From: Escherichia coli
Lineage (GTDB): Bacteria; Pseudomonadota; Gammaproteobacteria; Enterobacterales; Enterobacteriaceae
Assembly: GCF_029227855.1 (NCBI RefSeq)
Contig: NZ_CP074356.1
DNA: 64,000 bases
Reading direction: 5' to 3' (one strand)
Shown: positions 55,581 through 64,000 of the stretch, one piece after another
Layout: every line of letters begins with the position of its first letter
How positions within the stretch are numbered: position 1 is the stretch's first letter
Position numbers and translations under genes: made by a program
The notes under the pieces: generated by a model
The model's database searches: none
Seen by the model: the letters and a program-made list of their open reading frames with translations, nothing else
What the model was told of the DNA's origin: nothing

Positions 55581-56033
55581 ATGACTAACCTGTTTGTTCG
55601 TAGCGGAATTTCTTTTGTCGATCGTAGCGAAGTTTTAACCCATATCGGTAATGAGATGCTCGCGAAAGGTGTGGTTCATGATACCTGGCCACAGGCATTA
55701 ATTGCCAGAGAAGCAGAATTCCCTACCGGGATAATGCTTGAGCAGCACGCCATTGCAATACCGCATTGTGAGGCGATTCATGCTAAGTCGTCAGCCATTT
55801 ATCTGTTAAGGCCAACAAATAAAGTTCATTTTCAGCAAGCGGATGATGATAACGACGTGGCGGTATCGTTGGTTATTGCGTTAATTGTGGAAAATCCGCA
55901 GCAGCAATTGAAACTTTTACGCTGTTTATTTGGCAAGTTACAACAGCCCGAGATCGTCGAGACACTAATCACTCTTCATGAAACCCAGTTAAAGGAATAC
56001 TTCACAAAGTATGTTTTAGATTCAGACGAATAA
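55581..56033 (+). CDS. gatA: Galactitol PTS EIIA component
   Basis: 150 aa. Confidence 0.9.
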   Translation: MTNLFVRSGISFVDRSEVLTHIGNEMLAKGVVHDTWPQALIAREAEFPTGIMLEQHAIAIPHCEAIHAKSSAIYLLRPTNKVHFQQADDDNDVAVSLVIALIVENPQQQLKLLRCLFGKLQQPEIVETLITLHETQLKEYFTKYVLDSDE

Positions 56034-56063
56034 ATCCCTCTGTAACAATAAAAAGGACTATTT

Positions 56064-56348
56064 ATGAAACGCAAGATTATTGTCGCTTGCGGAGGCGCGG
56101 TTGCGACCTCTACGATGGCGGCGGAAGAAATTAAAGAGTTGTGTCAGAGTCATAATATTCCTGTTGAATTAATCCAGTGTCGGGTTAATGAAATAGAGAC
56201 CTATATGGATGGTGTGCATTTGATATGTACTACCGCCAAAGTTGACCGTAGTTTTGGCGATATTCCGTTAGTTCACGGCATGCCTTTTGTTTCTGGTGTC
56301 GGTATCGAAGCATTACAAAATAAAATTCTGACTATCTTACAGGGGTGA
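56064..56348 (+). CDS. gatB: Galactitol PTS EIIB component
   Basis: 94 aa; [17 protein letters not shown] with active-site Cys. Confidence 0.9.
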   Translation: MKRKIIVACGGAVATSTMAAEEIKELCQSHNIPVELIQCRVNEIETYMDGVHLICTTAKVDRSFGDIPLVHGMPFVSGVGIEALQNKILTILQG

Positions 56349-56351
56349 CCT

Positions 56352-57707
56352 ATGTTTTCAGAAGTCATGCGTTATATTCTCGACCTCGGCCCTACGGTGA
56401 TGCTGCCGATTGTCATCATTATTTTTTCTAAAATATTAGGCATGAAGGCAGGCGATTGCTTTAAAGCAGGTCTGCATATCGGGATTGGCTTTGTTGGCAT
56501 TGGCCTTGTGATTGGCTTAATGCTGGATTCCATTGGTCCGGCGGCGAAAGCGATGGCGGAAAATTTCGACCTGAATCTGCATGTGGTCGATGTCGGCTGG
56601 CCGGGCTCTTCACCAATGACCTGGGCGTCGCAAATTGCGCTGGTGGCGATTCCGATTGCGATTCTGGTTAACGTGGCGATGTTACTGACCCGTATGACGC
56701 GGGTGGTAAATGTTGATATCTGGAATATCTGGCATATGACCTTCACCGGCGCGTTGCTGCATCTGGCAACCGGTTCATGGATGATAGGGATGGCGGGTGT
56801 GGTAATTCACGCGGCGTTTGTTTATAAGCTCGGCGACTGGTTTGCCCGCGATACCCGAAATTTCTTTGAGCTGGAAGGCATTGCTATTCCGCACGGTACG
56901 TCGGCGTATCTGGGGCCAATTGCGGTGCTGGTCGATGCTATCATCGAGAAAATCCCAGGCGTTAACCGAATTAAATTTAGTGCCGATGATATTCAGCGCA
57001 AGTTTGGCCCATTTGGCGAACCTGTCACCGTGGGTTTTGTGATGGGGCTGATTATCGGCATCCTCGCGGGTTACGATGTCAAAGGTGTATTGCAGCTGGC
57101 GGTAAAGACGGCGGCAGTTATGCTGCTGATGCCGCGGGTGATTAAACCCATCATGGATGGTTTAACGCCCATCGCTAAGCAGGCCCGTAGTCGTTTACAG
57201 GCGAAGTTCGGCGGTCAGGAGTTCCTGATTTGCCTTGATCCGGCGTTGCTGCTGGGGCATACGGCGGTGGTATCGGCAAGCCTGATTTTTATCCCTCTCA
57301 CCATTTTAATTGCTGTTTGTGTTCCGGGTAATCAGGTGCTGCCGTTTGGCGATCTTGCAACTATCGGCTTCTTCGTGGCGATGGCGGTCGCGGTGCATCG
57401 TGGAAATCTGTTCCGCACCTTAATCTCGGGTGTCATCATTATGAGCATCACCCTGTGGATCGCGACGCAAACTATTGTTTTGCACACCCAACTGGCGGCT
57501 AATGCTGGGGCGTTAAAAGCCGGGGGTATGGTGGCTTCAATGGATCAGGGCGGTTCTCCCATTACCTGGTTACTGATTCAGGTTTTCTCCCCGCAAAATA
57601 TTCCCGGTTTCATTATTATCGGTGCCATTTATCTTACCGGTATTTTCATGACCTGGCGTAGAGCGCGCGGCTTTATTAAACAAGAGAAAGCCGTTCTCGC
57701 AGAATAA
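56352..57707 (+). CDS. gatC: Galactitol PTS EIIC permease
   Basis: 451 aa polytopic membrane protein. Confidence 0.9.
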   Translation: MFSEVMRYILDLGPTVMLPIVIIIFSKILGMKAGDCFKAGLHIGIGFVGIGLVIGLMLDSIGPAAKAMAENFDLNLHVVDVGWPGSSPMTWASQIALVAIPIAILVNVAMLLTRMTRVVNVDIWNIWHMTFTGALLHLATGSWMIGMAGVVIHAAFVYKLGDWFARDTRNFFELEGIAIPHGTSAYLGPIAVLVDAIIEKIPGVNRIKFSADDIQRKFGPFGEPVTVGFVMGLIIGILAGYDVKGVLQLAVKTAAVMLLMPRVIKPIMDGLTPIAKQARSRLQAKFGGQEFLICLDPALLLGHTAVVSASLIFIPLTILIAVCVPGNQVLPFGDLATIGFFVAMAVAVHRGNLFRTLISGVIIMSITLWIATQTIVLHTQLAANAGALKAGGMVASMDQGGSPITWLLIQVFSPQNIPGFIIIGAIYLTGIFMTWRRARGFIKQEKAVLAE

Positions 57708-57754
57708 TTTTTACCTGAGGGGGAGGTTATCCCCCTTAATAATCAGGAGTTTTT

Positions 57755-58795
57755 ATGAAATCAGTGGTGAATGATACTGATGGTATCGTGCGCGTTGCAG
57801 AAAGCGTCATTCCTGAAATTAAACATCAGGATGAGGTGCGGGTAAAAATTGCCAGCTCGGGATTATGTGGTTCCGATTTACCCAGGATATTTAAAAATGG
57901 TGCACATTATTATCCAATAACGTTAGGCCATGAATTTAGCGGCTATATTGATGCGGTGGGATCCGGTGTTGATGATTTACACCCTGGCGATGCGGTTGCC
58001 TGTGTGCCGTTATTACCCTGTTTTACTTGTCCAGAGTGTCTAAAAGGGTTTTATTCCCAGTGCGCAAAATATGATTTTATTGGCTCGCGGCGTGATGGTG
58101 GATTTGCTGAATATATTGTCGTTAAGCGAAAAAATGTCTTTGCTCTACCCACGGATATGTCTATTGAGGATGGGGCTTTTATTGAGCCGATTACCGTTGG
58201 CCTGCATGCTTTTCATTTAGCGCAAGGTTGTGAGAATAAAAACGTTATTATTATTGGTGCCGGAACCATTGGCCTGCTGGCAATTCAGTGCGCTGTCGCG
58301 CTGGGAGCAAAGAGTGTGACGGCTATCGACATTAGCTCAGAAAAACTGGCACTGGCAAAATCTTTCGGTGCGATGCAAACATTTAACAGCCTTGAAATGA
58401 GCGCGCCGCAAATGCAGGGCGTTTTACGCGAGCTGCGCTTTAATCAGCTTATCCTCGAGACGGCTGGTGTCCCGCAAACCGTCGAACTGGCGGTAGAGAT
58501 TGCCGGGCCTCATGCCCAGCTGGCGCTGGTGGGCACGTTGCATCAGGATCTGCATTTAACATCGACAACGTTTGGCAAAATATTACGTAAAGAGCTGACG
58601 GTTATCGGCAGCTGGATGAACTACTCCAGCCCTTGGCCGGGGCAGGAGTGGGAAACGGCGAGCCGGTTGCTGACAGAACGTAAGTTAAGCCTGGAGCCAT
58701 TAATCGCTCACCGTGGAAGCTTTGAAAGCTTCACCCAGGCGGTGCGTGACATCGCTCGTAATGCTATGCCGGGCAAAGTGTTGCTCATTCCCTGA
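57755..58795 (+). CDS. gatD: Galactitol-1-phosphate 5-dehydrogenase (Zn-dependent MDR family)
   Basis: 346 aa; GHEFSG zinc motif and GAGTIGL NAD-binding motif. Confidence 0.9.
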   Translation: MKSVVNDTDGIVRVAESVIPEIKHQDEVRVKIASSGLCGSDLPRIFKNGAHYYPITLGHEFSGYIDAVGSGVDDLHPGDAVACVPLLPCFTCPECLKGFYSQCAKYDFIGSRRDGGFAEYIVVKRKNVFALPTDMSIEDGAFIEPITVGLHAFHLAQGCENKNVIIIGAGTIGLLAIQCAVALGAKSVTAIDISSEKLALAKSFGAMQTFNSLEMSAPQMQGVLRELRFNQLILETAGVPQTVELAVEIAGPHAQLALVGTLHQDLHLTSTTFGKILRKELTVIGSWMNYSSPWPGQEWETASRLLTERKLSLEPLIAHRGSFESFTQAVRDIARNAMPGKVLLIP

Positions 58796-58894
58796 AACCG
58801 CGGGCCAGCGTGATGCTGGCCCGGTATTGTGCAAAACAGATCATTCACCAATGGTCCCCCTTCGTTTACACTAGCCACAATTGAATATGGGTAA

Positions 58895-59674
58895 ATGACG
58901 ATGAATTCATTCGAGCGAAGGAATAAGATCATCCAATTAGTGAATGAACAGGGAACCGTGCTTGTTCAGGATCTGGCGGGAGTATTTGCTGCCTCGGAAG
59001 CGACAATCCGTGCCGATTTGCGCTTTCTCGAACAAAAAGGCGTGGTTACGCGCTTTCATGGCGGTGCGGCGAAAATAATGTCCGGTAATAGTGAAACCGA
59101 GACCCAGGAAGTCGGGTTTAAAGAGCGATTTCAGCTCGCCAGCGCGCCAAAAAACAGAATAGCGCAGGCGGCAGTCAAAATGATCCACGAAGGGATGACC
59201 GTTATTCTCGACAGCGGAAGTACGACAATGCTTATCGCCGAAGGATTAATGACCGCCAAAAATATCACGGTGATTACCAACAGTCTCCCGGCAGCATTTG
59301 CCCTTTCCGAAAATAAAGACATTACTCTGGTCGTCTGTGGTGGGACCGTCCGCCATAAAACACGCTCGATGCATGGTTCCATTGCCGAGCGTTCATTGCA
59401 GGATATTAATGCCGATTTAATGTTTGTCGGTGCTGATGGTATTGATGCGGTTAATGGTATTACGACCTTTAATGAAGGTTATTCGATTAGCGGGGCGATG
59501 GTTACAGCCGCAAATAAAGTGATTGCCGTTCTCGATTCATCGAAATTTAATCGTCGCGGTTTTAATCAGGTACTGCCAATCGAAAAAATTGACATTATTA
59601 TTACCGATGATGCCGTGTCAGAGGTGGATAAACTGGCATTGCAGAAGACACGGGTGAAATTAATTACGGTGTAG
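58895..59674 (+). CDS. gatR: DeoR-family repressor of the gat operon, apparently intact
   Basis: 259-aa uninterrupted ORF with N-terminal HTH and DeoR C-terminal sugar-binding domain. Confidence 0.85.
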   Translation: MTMNSFERRNKIIQLVNEQGTVLVQDLAGVFAASEATIRADLRFLEQKGVVTRFHGGAAKIMSGNSETETQEVGFKERFQLASAPKNRIAQAAVKMIHEGMTVILDSGSTTMLIAEGLMTAKNITVITNSLPAAFALSENKDITLVVCGGTVRHKTRSMHGSIAERSLQDINADLMFVGADGIDAVNGITTFNEGYSISGAMVTAANKVIAVLDSSKFNRRGFNQVLPIEKIDIIITDDAVSEVDKLALQKTRVKLITV

Positions 59675-59696
59675 TATTGCTCTGTATGCCGGATAA

Positions 59697-59728
59697 AGTT
59701 TTTACACCGCATCCGGCATTACGGATTC
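59697..59728. repeat. REP element between gatR and yegS
   Basis: tgccggataaagtttttacaccgcatccggca. Confidence 0.65.
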
Positions 59729-59755
59729 TCCCTGGTTCAAGAGAGAATAGTGTGA

Positions 59756-60655
59756 TTAACGCAACAATGGGCAATCTGGTGGTAATCGACAACGCAACGC
59801 CGCCGGAAGTATTTCAATATGAAAGTTTTGTCCGCTCAACGGTTCGCCATCAAGATTAAAAGTGATTTCGTGTGGGGCTTGTATATCAAACCACGACGAA
59901 GCGCCTTCGATAATATTCGGGTTATCTTCGTCAGATTTTAATGTTGATACGAGAGCCGGAAGAATTTCATCGCCGGTAAAAATGCGCAGTTGCAGCAAGC
60001 CATCGTTAATTAACGCGTTCGGGCACAATTGCTGACCGCCACCGGCCTGACGCCCGTTACCAATACCAATGACCAGGGCGTCACCTTGCCAGTGAAAGTT
60101 TTCACCGCGGATCTCACAACGGTCCGGTTGCAGAGTATCCATGCGCATTAAGCCATGAATGATGTAAGAGACGCCACCCAGCGCGGCTTTTAATTTTTCC
60201 GGCGTTTCTGTGGTAATACGCGTCCCAAATCCGCCTGTCGCCATATTAATAAAACAGGTTTGTTTGTTGACCTGCGCCATATCTATCGCAATGGCGTCAC
60301 CGGCAATTGCCAGTTTCAGCGCCTTATCCAGTGCCTCAGGAATCCTTACACTGGTGGCAAAATCATTGGCGGTTCCTAATGGCAAAATTCCTAGCGCGGG
60401 TATGTCATCCCCCTCACACTGAATCAACGCCGTAGAAACTTCATTAATGGTGCCATCGCCACCACCGGCAATCACCGTTGCGACGCCCAACTTCCGGGCC
60501 TCCTCTACATATCGTGCGGCATCGCCTTTCTCCCAGGTGACCCGCACATGGATCGTCATTCCTTCCTCACGCAACAGCATAATTGCTTCGCGCAATGGTA
60601 AATTGTCAGTACTTTTGCCATTAAGAATCAGTAAGCTGGCGGGAAATTCTGCCAT
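59756..60655 (-). CDS. yegS: Lipid kinase YegS (DAGK_cat family)
   Basis: 299 aa; GGDGT motif ([11 protein letters not shown]). Confidence 0.9.
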   Translation of the reverse strand: MAEFPASLLILNGKSTDNLPLREAIMLLREEGMTIHVRVTWEKGDAARYVEEARKLGVATVIAGGGDGTINEVSTALIQCEGDDIPALGILPLGTANDFATSVRIPEALDKALKLAIAGDAIAIDMAQVNKQTCFINMATGGFGTRITTETPEKLKAALGGVSYIIHGLMRMDTLQPDRCEIRGENFHWQGDALVIGIGNGRQAGGGQQLCPNALINDGLLQLRIFTGDEILPALVSTLKSDEDNPNIIEGASSWFDIQAPHEITFNLDGEPLSGQNFHIEILPAALRCRLPPDCPLLR

Positions 60656-61069
60656 GATCGTATGTGCCTTTATGATTGGTCTGTAGATAGTGTATAGCAG
60701 AAAAGAAAAGGTGGAGTCAGAACAGGATGAAAGTCGGAGGATAAAAAATCAGTTCAAGTATGGAGGATTCAGTGGTTACCACCAGGAGCTTGCAATGGGG
60801 ACAGTGAATGTTAACGGTAGCCACCGGTAAATTTCAAAAAAGAGCATATACCTAATATTCAACTAAACAGTGGCATCTTCAATATACTATTAAAAATATA
60901 TTAACCCCCCCATGGGGTTACCCGGAAGGGCCTCCGTGTATGTAATTCCTACTTATGTAGGAAATGTTGTACAGAACATTTATTATAATCCTATTCAATT
61001 ATAATAATCATGCCATTATTATATTTAAACACCAGAGCGTGTCGTTGGTATTTAATGGGGGAAGGTGAG

Positions 61070-61387
61070 ATGAAAAAGATAGCTGCTATATCATTAATTA
61101 GTATTTTTCTTATGTCTGGTTGTGCTGTGCATAATGATGAAACAAGTATCGGTAAATTTGGTCTTGCATATAAAAGTAATATTCAGCGTAAACTCGATAA
61201 CCAATACTACACCGAAGCCGAAGCTTCTTTAGCCAGGGGCAGAATTTCTGGTGCAGAAAATATAGTAAAAAATGATGCAGCTCATTTCTGTGTTACTCAG
61301 GGCAAAAAAATGCAGATAGTTGACCTGAAGACAGAAGGTGCAGGATTACATGGCGTCGCTCGTCTGACATTCAAATGTGGAGAGTGA
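61070..61387 (+). CDS. yegR: Small lipoprotein YegR
   Basis: ORF 61010-61387; start MKKIAAISLISIFLMSGCAVH (lipobox) gives 105 aa. Confidence 0.8.
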   Translation: MKKIAAISLISIFLMSGCAVHNDETSIGKFGLAYKSNIQRKLDNQYYTEAEASLARGRISGAENIVKNDAAHFCVTQGKKMQIVDLKTEGAGLHGVARLTFKCGE

Positions 61388-61556
61388 GAATATTTTTTGG
61401 TAAGCGTCAAACATGCGCGTTCTGATTGTGCGTAGCCGGAACCTGTACGAGCACGATGCCGTTAAGTGAAAGGCATCGTGCTATGAAGGGGGATTCTATC
61501 GATGTGGTCAATGGAAGACGGTCACCTGGGATCAATCCGTCTCTATGGTTTATGCA

Positions 61557-61644
61557 CAAAAAATAAGCCCGTGTAAGGGAGATTACACAGGCTAAGGAGG
61601 TGGTTCCTGGTACAGCTAGCATTTTATGGGTTATGTTTTTCAGC
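61557..61644 (-). ncRNA. cyaR: CyaR (RyeE) Hfq-dependent sRNA
   Basis: Reverse complement reads GCTGAAAAACATAACCCATAAAATGCTAGCTGTACCAGGAACCACCTCCTTAGCCTGTGTAATCTCCCTTACACGGGCTTATTTTTT, which I recognise as CyaR including terminator hairpin and U-tail; directly downstream of yegQ. Confidence 0.85.
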
Positions 61645-61678
61645 GAAACAGATGATAACCTTAATAAATGCAGCTGTA

Positions 61679-61694
61679 TGTGATCGGTTTCTAA
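61679..61694 (-). promoter_or_regulatory. Probable CRP site (tgtga-tcggtt-tctaa) centred about 42 bp upstream of the cyaR 5' end
   Basis: One consensus half-site and one degenerate half-site at class II spacing; cyaR is known to be CRP-activated. Confidence 0.5.
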
Positions 61695-61728
61695 GAATTT
61701 TCCATCCGGGAAAAATAATCGAAATTAA

Positions 61729-63090
61729 TCACTTACCGTGGGGGTTACGCGTGGTTTCCCCGGAGAAATTACGCATCAGCAGCGCGTAATTTAGCTCAAG
61801 ATCCTGCGGCACCGGGATCCACACAGTATAACCATCGCCCGGTGCGACCGGCATTGCTTCGCCTTTGGCGTTTTCCATGTGCTCAAGGGTAAAGTTAATG
61901 TTCCCTTGCGGCGTCATCAGCTCAAGGCTGTCGCCAACGGAGAATTTATTTTTCACCGCTACCGCCGCGAGGTCGCCCTTGCGCTCACTGGTAAACTCAC
62001 CAACAAACTGCTGGCGGTCAGAAACTGAATAACCGTATTCGTAGTTCTGATAATCGTCGTGAGTATGACGACGCAGGAAACCTTCGGTATAGCCACGATG
62101 CGCCAGACCTTCCAGGGTTTCCAGCAGGCTGGTATCGAATGGTTTTCCCGCAGCTGCGTCATCGATAGCTTTACGGTAAACCTGCGCGGTGCGTGCGCAA
62201 TAGTAGAAAGATTTGGTACGGCCTTCGATTTTCAGCGAATGCACGCCCATTTTGGTCAGGCGTTCAACATGGGCGATGGCGCGCAGATCTTTCGAGTTCA
62301 TGATGTAAGTGCCGTGCTCATCTTCAAACGCGGTCATATACTCGCCCGGACGCTGGGCTTCTTCGATCATAAACACTTTGTCGGTTGGTGCGCCGATCCC
62401 CAGCGTCGGTTCAACGTTTTGCACCGGAATCGGTTCGTACTTGTGTACGATGTTGCCGACGTCATCTTCTTTCCCTTCCTGGACGTTATACTCCCAGCGG
62501 CAGGCGTTGGTGCAGGTGCCCTGGTTCGGGTCGCGCTTGTTGATATAGCCAGAGAGCAGGCAGCGACCGGAGTAGGCCATGCACAGCGCGCCGTGAACGA
62601 AGATTTCGATCTCCATATCTGGCACCTGATTGCGGATCTCTTCAATCTCTTCCAGTGACAGTTCGCGAGAGAGGATCACGCGGGTCAGACCCATTTGCTG
62701 CCAGAATTTCACCGTCGCCCAGTTCACGGCGTTAGCCTGTACTGAGAGATGGATCGGCATTTCAGGGAAGTGCTCGCGCACCAGCATAATCAGCCCTGGA
62801 TCAGACATAATCAGCGCATCCGGCCCCATTTCCACCACCGGTTTCAGGTCACGGATAAAGGTTTTCAGCTTGGCGTTGTGCGGTGCAATGTTGACCACGA
62901 CATAAAACTTTTTCCCCAGCGCGTGGGCTTCATTGATGCCGAGCTGAAGATTTTCGTGGTTGAATTCGTTGTTGCGCACACGCAGGGAGTAACGCGGCTG
63001 GCCCGCATAAACAGCATCTGCGCCATAAGCGAAAGCGTAACGCATATTTTTCAGCGTTCCCGCCGGGGAAAGGAGTTCCGGTTTAAACAT
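61729..63090 (-). CDS. yegQ: Peptidase U32-family protein
   Basis: 453 aa; conserved Cys-rich U32 core. Confidence 0.9.
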   Translation of the reverse strand: MFKPELLSPAGTLKNMRYAFAYGADAVYAGQPRYSLRVRNNEFNHENLQLGINEAHALGKKFYVVVNIAPHNAKLKTFIRDLKPVVEMGPDALIMSDPGLIMLVREHFPEMPIHLSVQANAVNWATVKFWQQMGLTRVILSRELSLEEIEEIRNQVPDMEIEIFVHGALCMAYSGRCLLSGYINKRDPNQGTCTNACRWEYNVQEGKEDDVGNIVHKYEPIPVQNVEPTLGIGAPTDKVFMIEEAQRPGEYMTAFEDEHGTYIMNSKDLRAIAHVERLTKMGVHSLKIEGRTKSFYYCARTAQVYRKAIDDAAAGKPFDTSLLETLEGLAHRGYTEGFLRRHTHDDYQNYEYGYSVSDRQQFVGEFTSERKGDLAAVAVKNKFSVGDSLELMTPQGNINFTLEHMENAKGEAMPVAPGDGYTVWIPVPQDLELNYALLMRNFSGETTRNPHGK

Positions 63091-63291
63091 AATTCTCTCG
63101 TTCTGATGACAGGTCAGATCCGCTTCACCTGATGAAGCGGCCAGGGGAGTGCCCCCACTTTAAGGGCGGGCATTGTAGCGCAATCGTCGGGGTTGGCTCC
63201 AGTGTAATTGTGATGAGCTTTTCGATGCCTGGCGTACAATTGACATCAGAATTGAGTATATTTACGACCGTGAATGTTAAGGAGTTAAAAC

Positions 63292-63897
63292 ATGTGGATG
63301 TTAAAGAAGGGATTCACTCTGGCTCTGTTGGTTCTGTTTTCTCTGCCCGCTACTGCCGGTCTTTCGCTGGAGGAGACTGCTCGCAAGGTGATTATCGGCT
63401 TTCAGCAAGAAGATGCTCAATTAATCAACTCATTAATTGATAAAAAAACGGGGTTGTATGTTCTTTTCCACCGTGGCGCTTCGATGGATGTCGAAAATTT
63501 TAAGTCAATTGATTTTAAAACGCCTGTTCCCGAGTATTTGCTGTGGCCTTCGGCAGGGGAGCATATTCCGCGAGATGAAGAGTTTGATAAGAAAACTATC
63601 CCGGAATTTGACTGTGAACGTGGCTGGAATAAGCACGGATATTTTATTAGCAGCAGCGATACACACCATAAAGTCAGCCGTAATTTGGTCTTCACGCAGA
63701 TGTTTGGTTCACCGCGAAACACTATTTCTGATGCGCAGATTGCCGCAGCGCGTCGAATGGAGTACGGGGCCGTGCGTGTGGTCGCTGCGCCAGAAAAGGG
63801 TAGCGACGGACTGGTATTTTATTTAAGTCAACTTTACGGTTATGACACTGACTGGTATCTGACGGTGGTGGATCAGATTGGTGATTGTGGGGCGTGA
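63292..63897 (+). CDS. Hypothetical secreted protein (201 aa), not assigned
   Basis: AAGGAG 7 nt upstream of ATG; N-terminal signal peptide MWMLKKGFTLALLVLFSLPATA; divergent from yegQ; I could not match it to a known K-12 neighbour. Confidence 0.6.
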   Translation: MWMLKKGFTLALLVLFSLPATAGLSLEETARKVIIGFQQEDAQLINSLIDKKTGLYVLFHRGASMDVENFKSIDFKTPVPEYLLWPSAGEHIPRDEEFDKKTIPEFDCERGWNKHGYFISSSDTHHKVSRNLVFTQMFGSPRNTISDAQIAAARRMEYGAVRVVAAPEKGSDGLVFYLSQLYGYDTDWYLTVVDQIGDCGA

Positions 63898-64000
63898 TAA
63901 AGATTTATCCGCCCGCAAGCAGTGATGTTATTTGAAGGGAATGTAACCCCATAATCTGTTGTGAAGTTCCGGATTGCGGGTAAAAAGCGCCTGAAGTTGC

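Noticed and set aside
61388-61556. Possible remnant of a P2 ogr gene
   Set aside because: Translations in all frames gave no zinc-finger Cys pattern and no convincing similarity to Ogr
61407-61622. 71-aa ORF on the - strand
   Set aside because: Overlaps the cyaR sRNA and its terminator; no SD; spurious

Overview
This window reads as a contiguous Escherichia coli chromosomal segment (the K-12 47-48 min neighbourhood, in inverted orientation relative to K-12 numbering), identified from the translated ORFs, whose lengths and N-termini match well-known proteins. Gene order: yohD' - yohC - pbpG - dld - bglX - osmF/yehYXW - yohO - mlrA - btsSR (yehUT) - yehS - yehR - yehQPML - yehK - yehI - two molR-like paralogs - IS200 - metG - apbC - yehEDCBA fimbrial operon - rcnBA/rcnR - thiMD with TPP riboswitch - yegXWVUT - fbaB - gatYZABCD-gatR - yegS - yegR - cyaR sRNA - yegQ - one unassigned secreted-protein gene. 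Most of the window is ordinary core genome. The part worth a second look is the ~19.5 kb block between yehR and metG (14.9-34.3 kb). It holds (i) a tightly coupled MoxR-type AAA+ ATPase / VWA / double-SWIM zinc-finger / YehM gene set (yehLMPQ), (ii) a tandem array of three giant WGR/MolR-YehI-type paralogs with near-identical gene ends and divergent middles, (iii) an IS200 copy between the metG terminator and the array, (iv) three independent ORF-breaking lesions (yehM in-frame TAG, yehL frameshift, yehI frameshift), and (v) in the yehK-yehL gap, an unannotated 29-aa amphipathic peptide ORF with its own promoter, SD and terminator, divergent from a putative ~84-nt sRNA whose 5' end is complementary to the peptide mRNA leader. 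That last arrangement resembles an IstR-1/tisB-type type I toxin-antitoxin module and is my top candidate for an undescribed element. All identifications are from reading the sequence and the ORF track; no database search was run. Single-base coordinates taken from my own reading of the text may be off by a base, because one line near 34141 did not agree with the ORF track translation.
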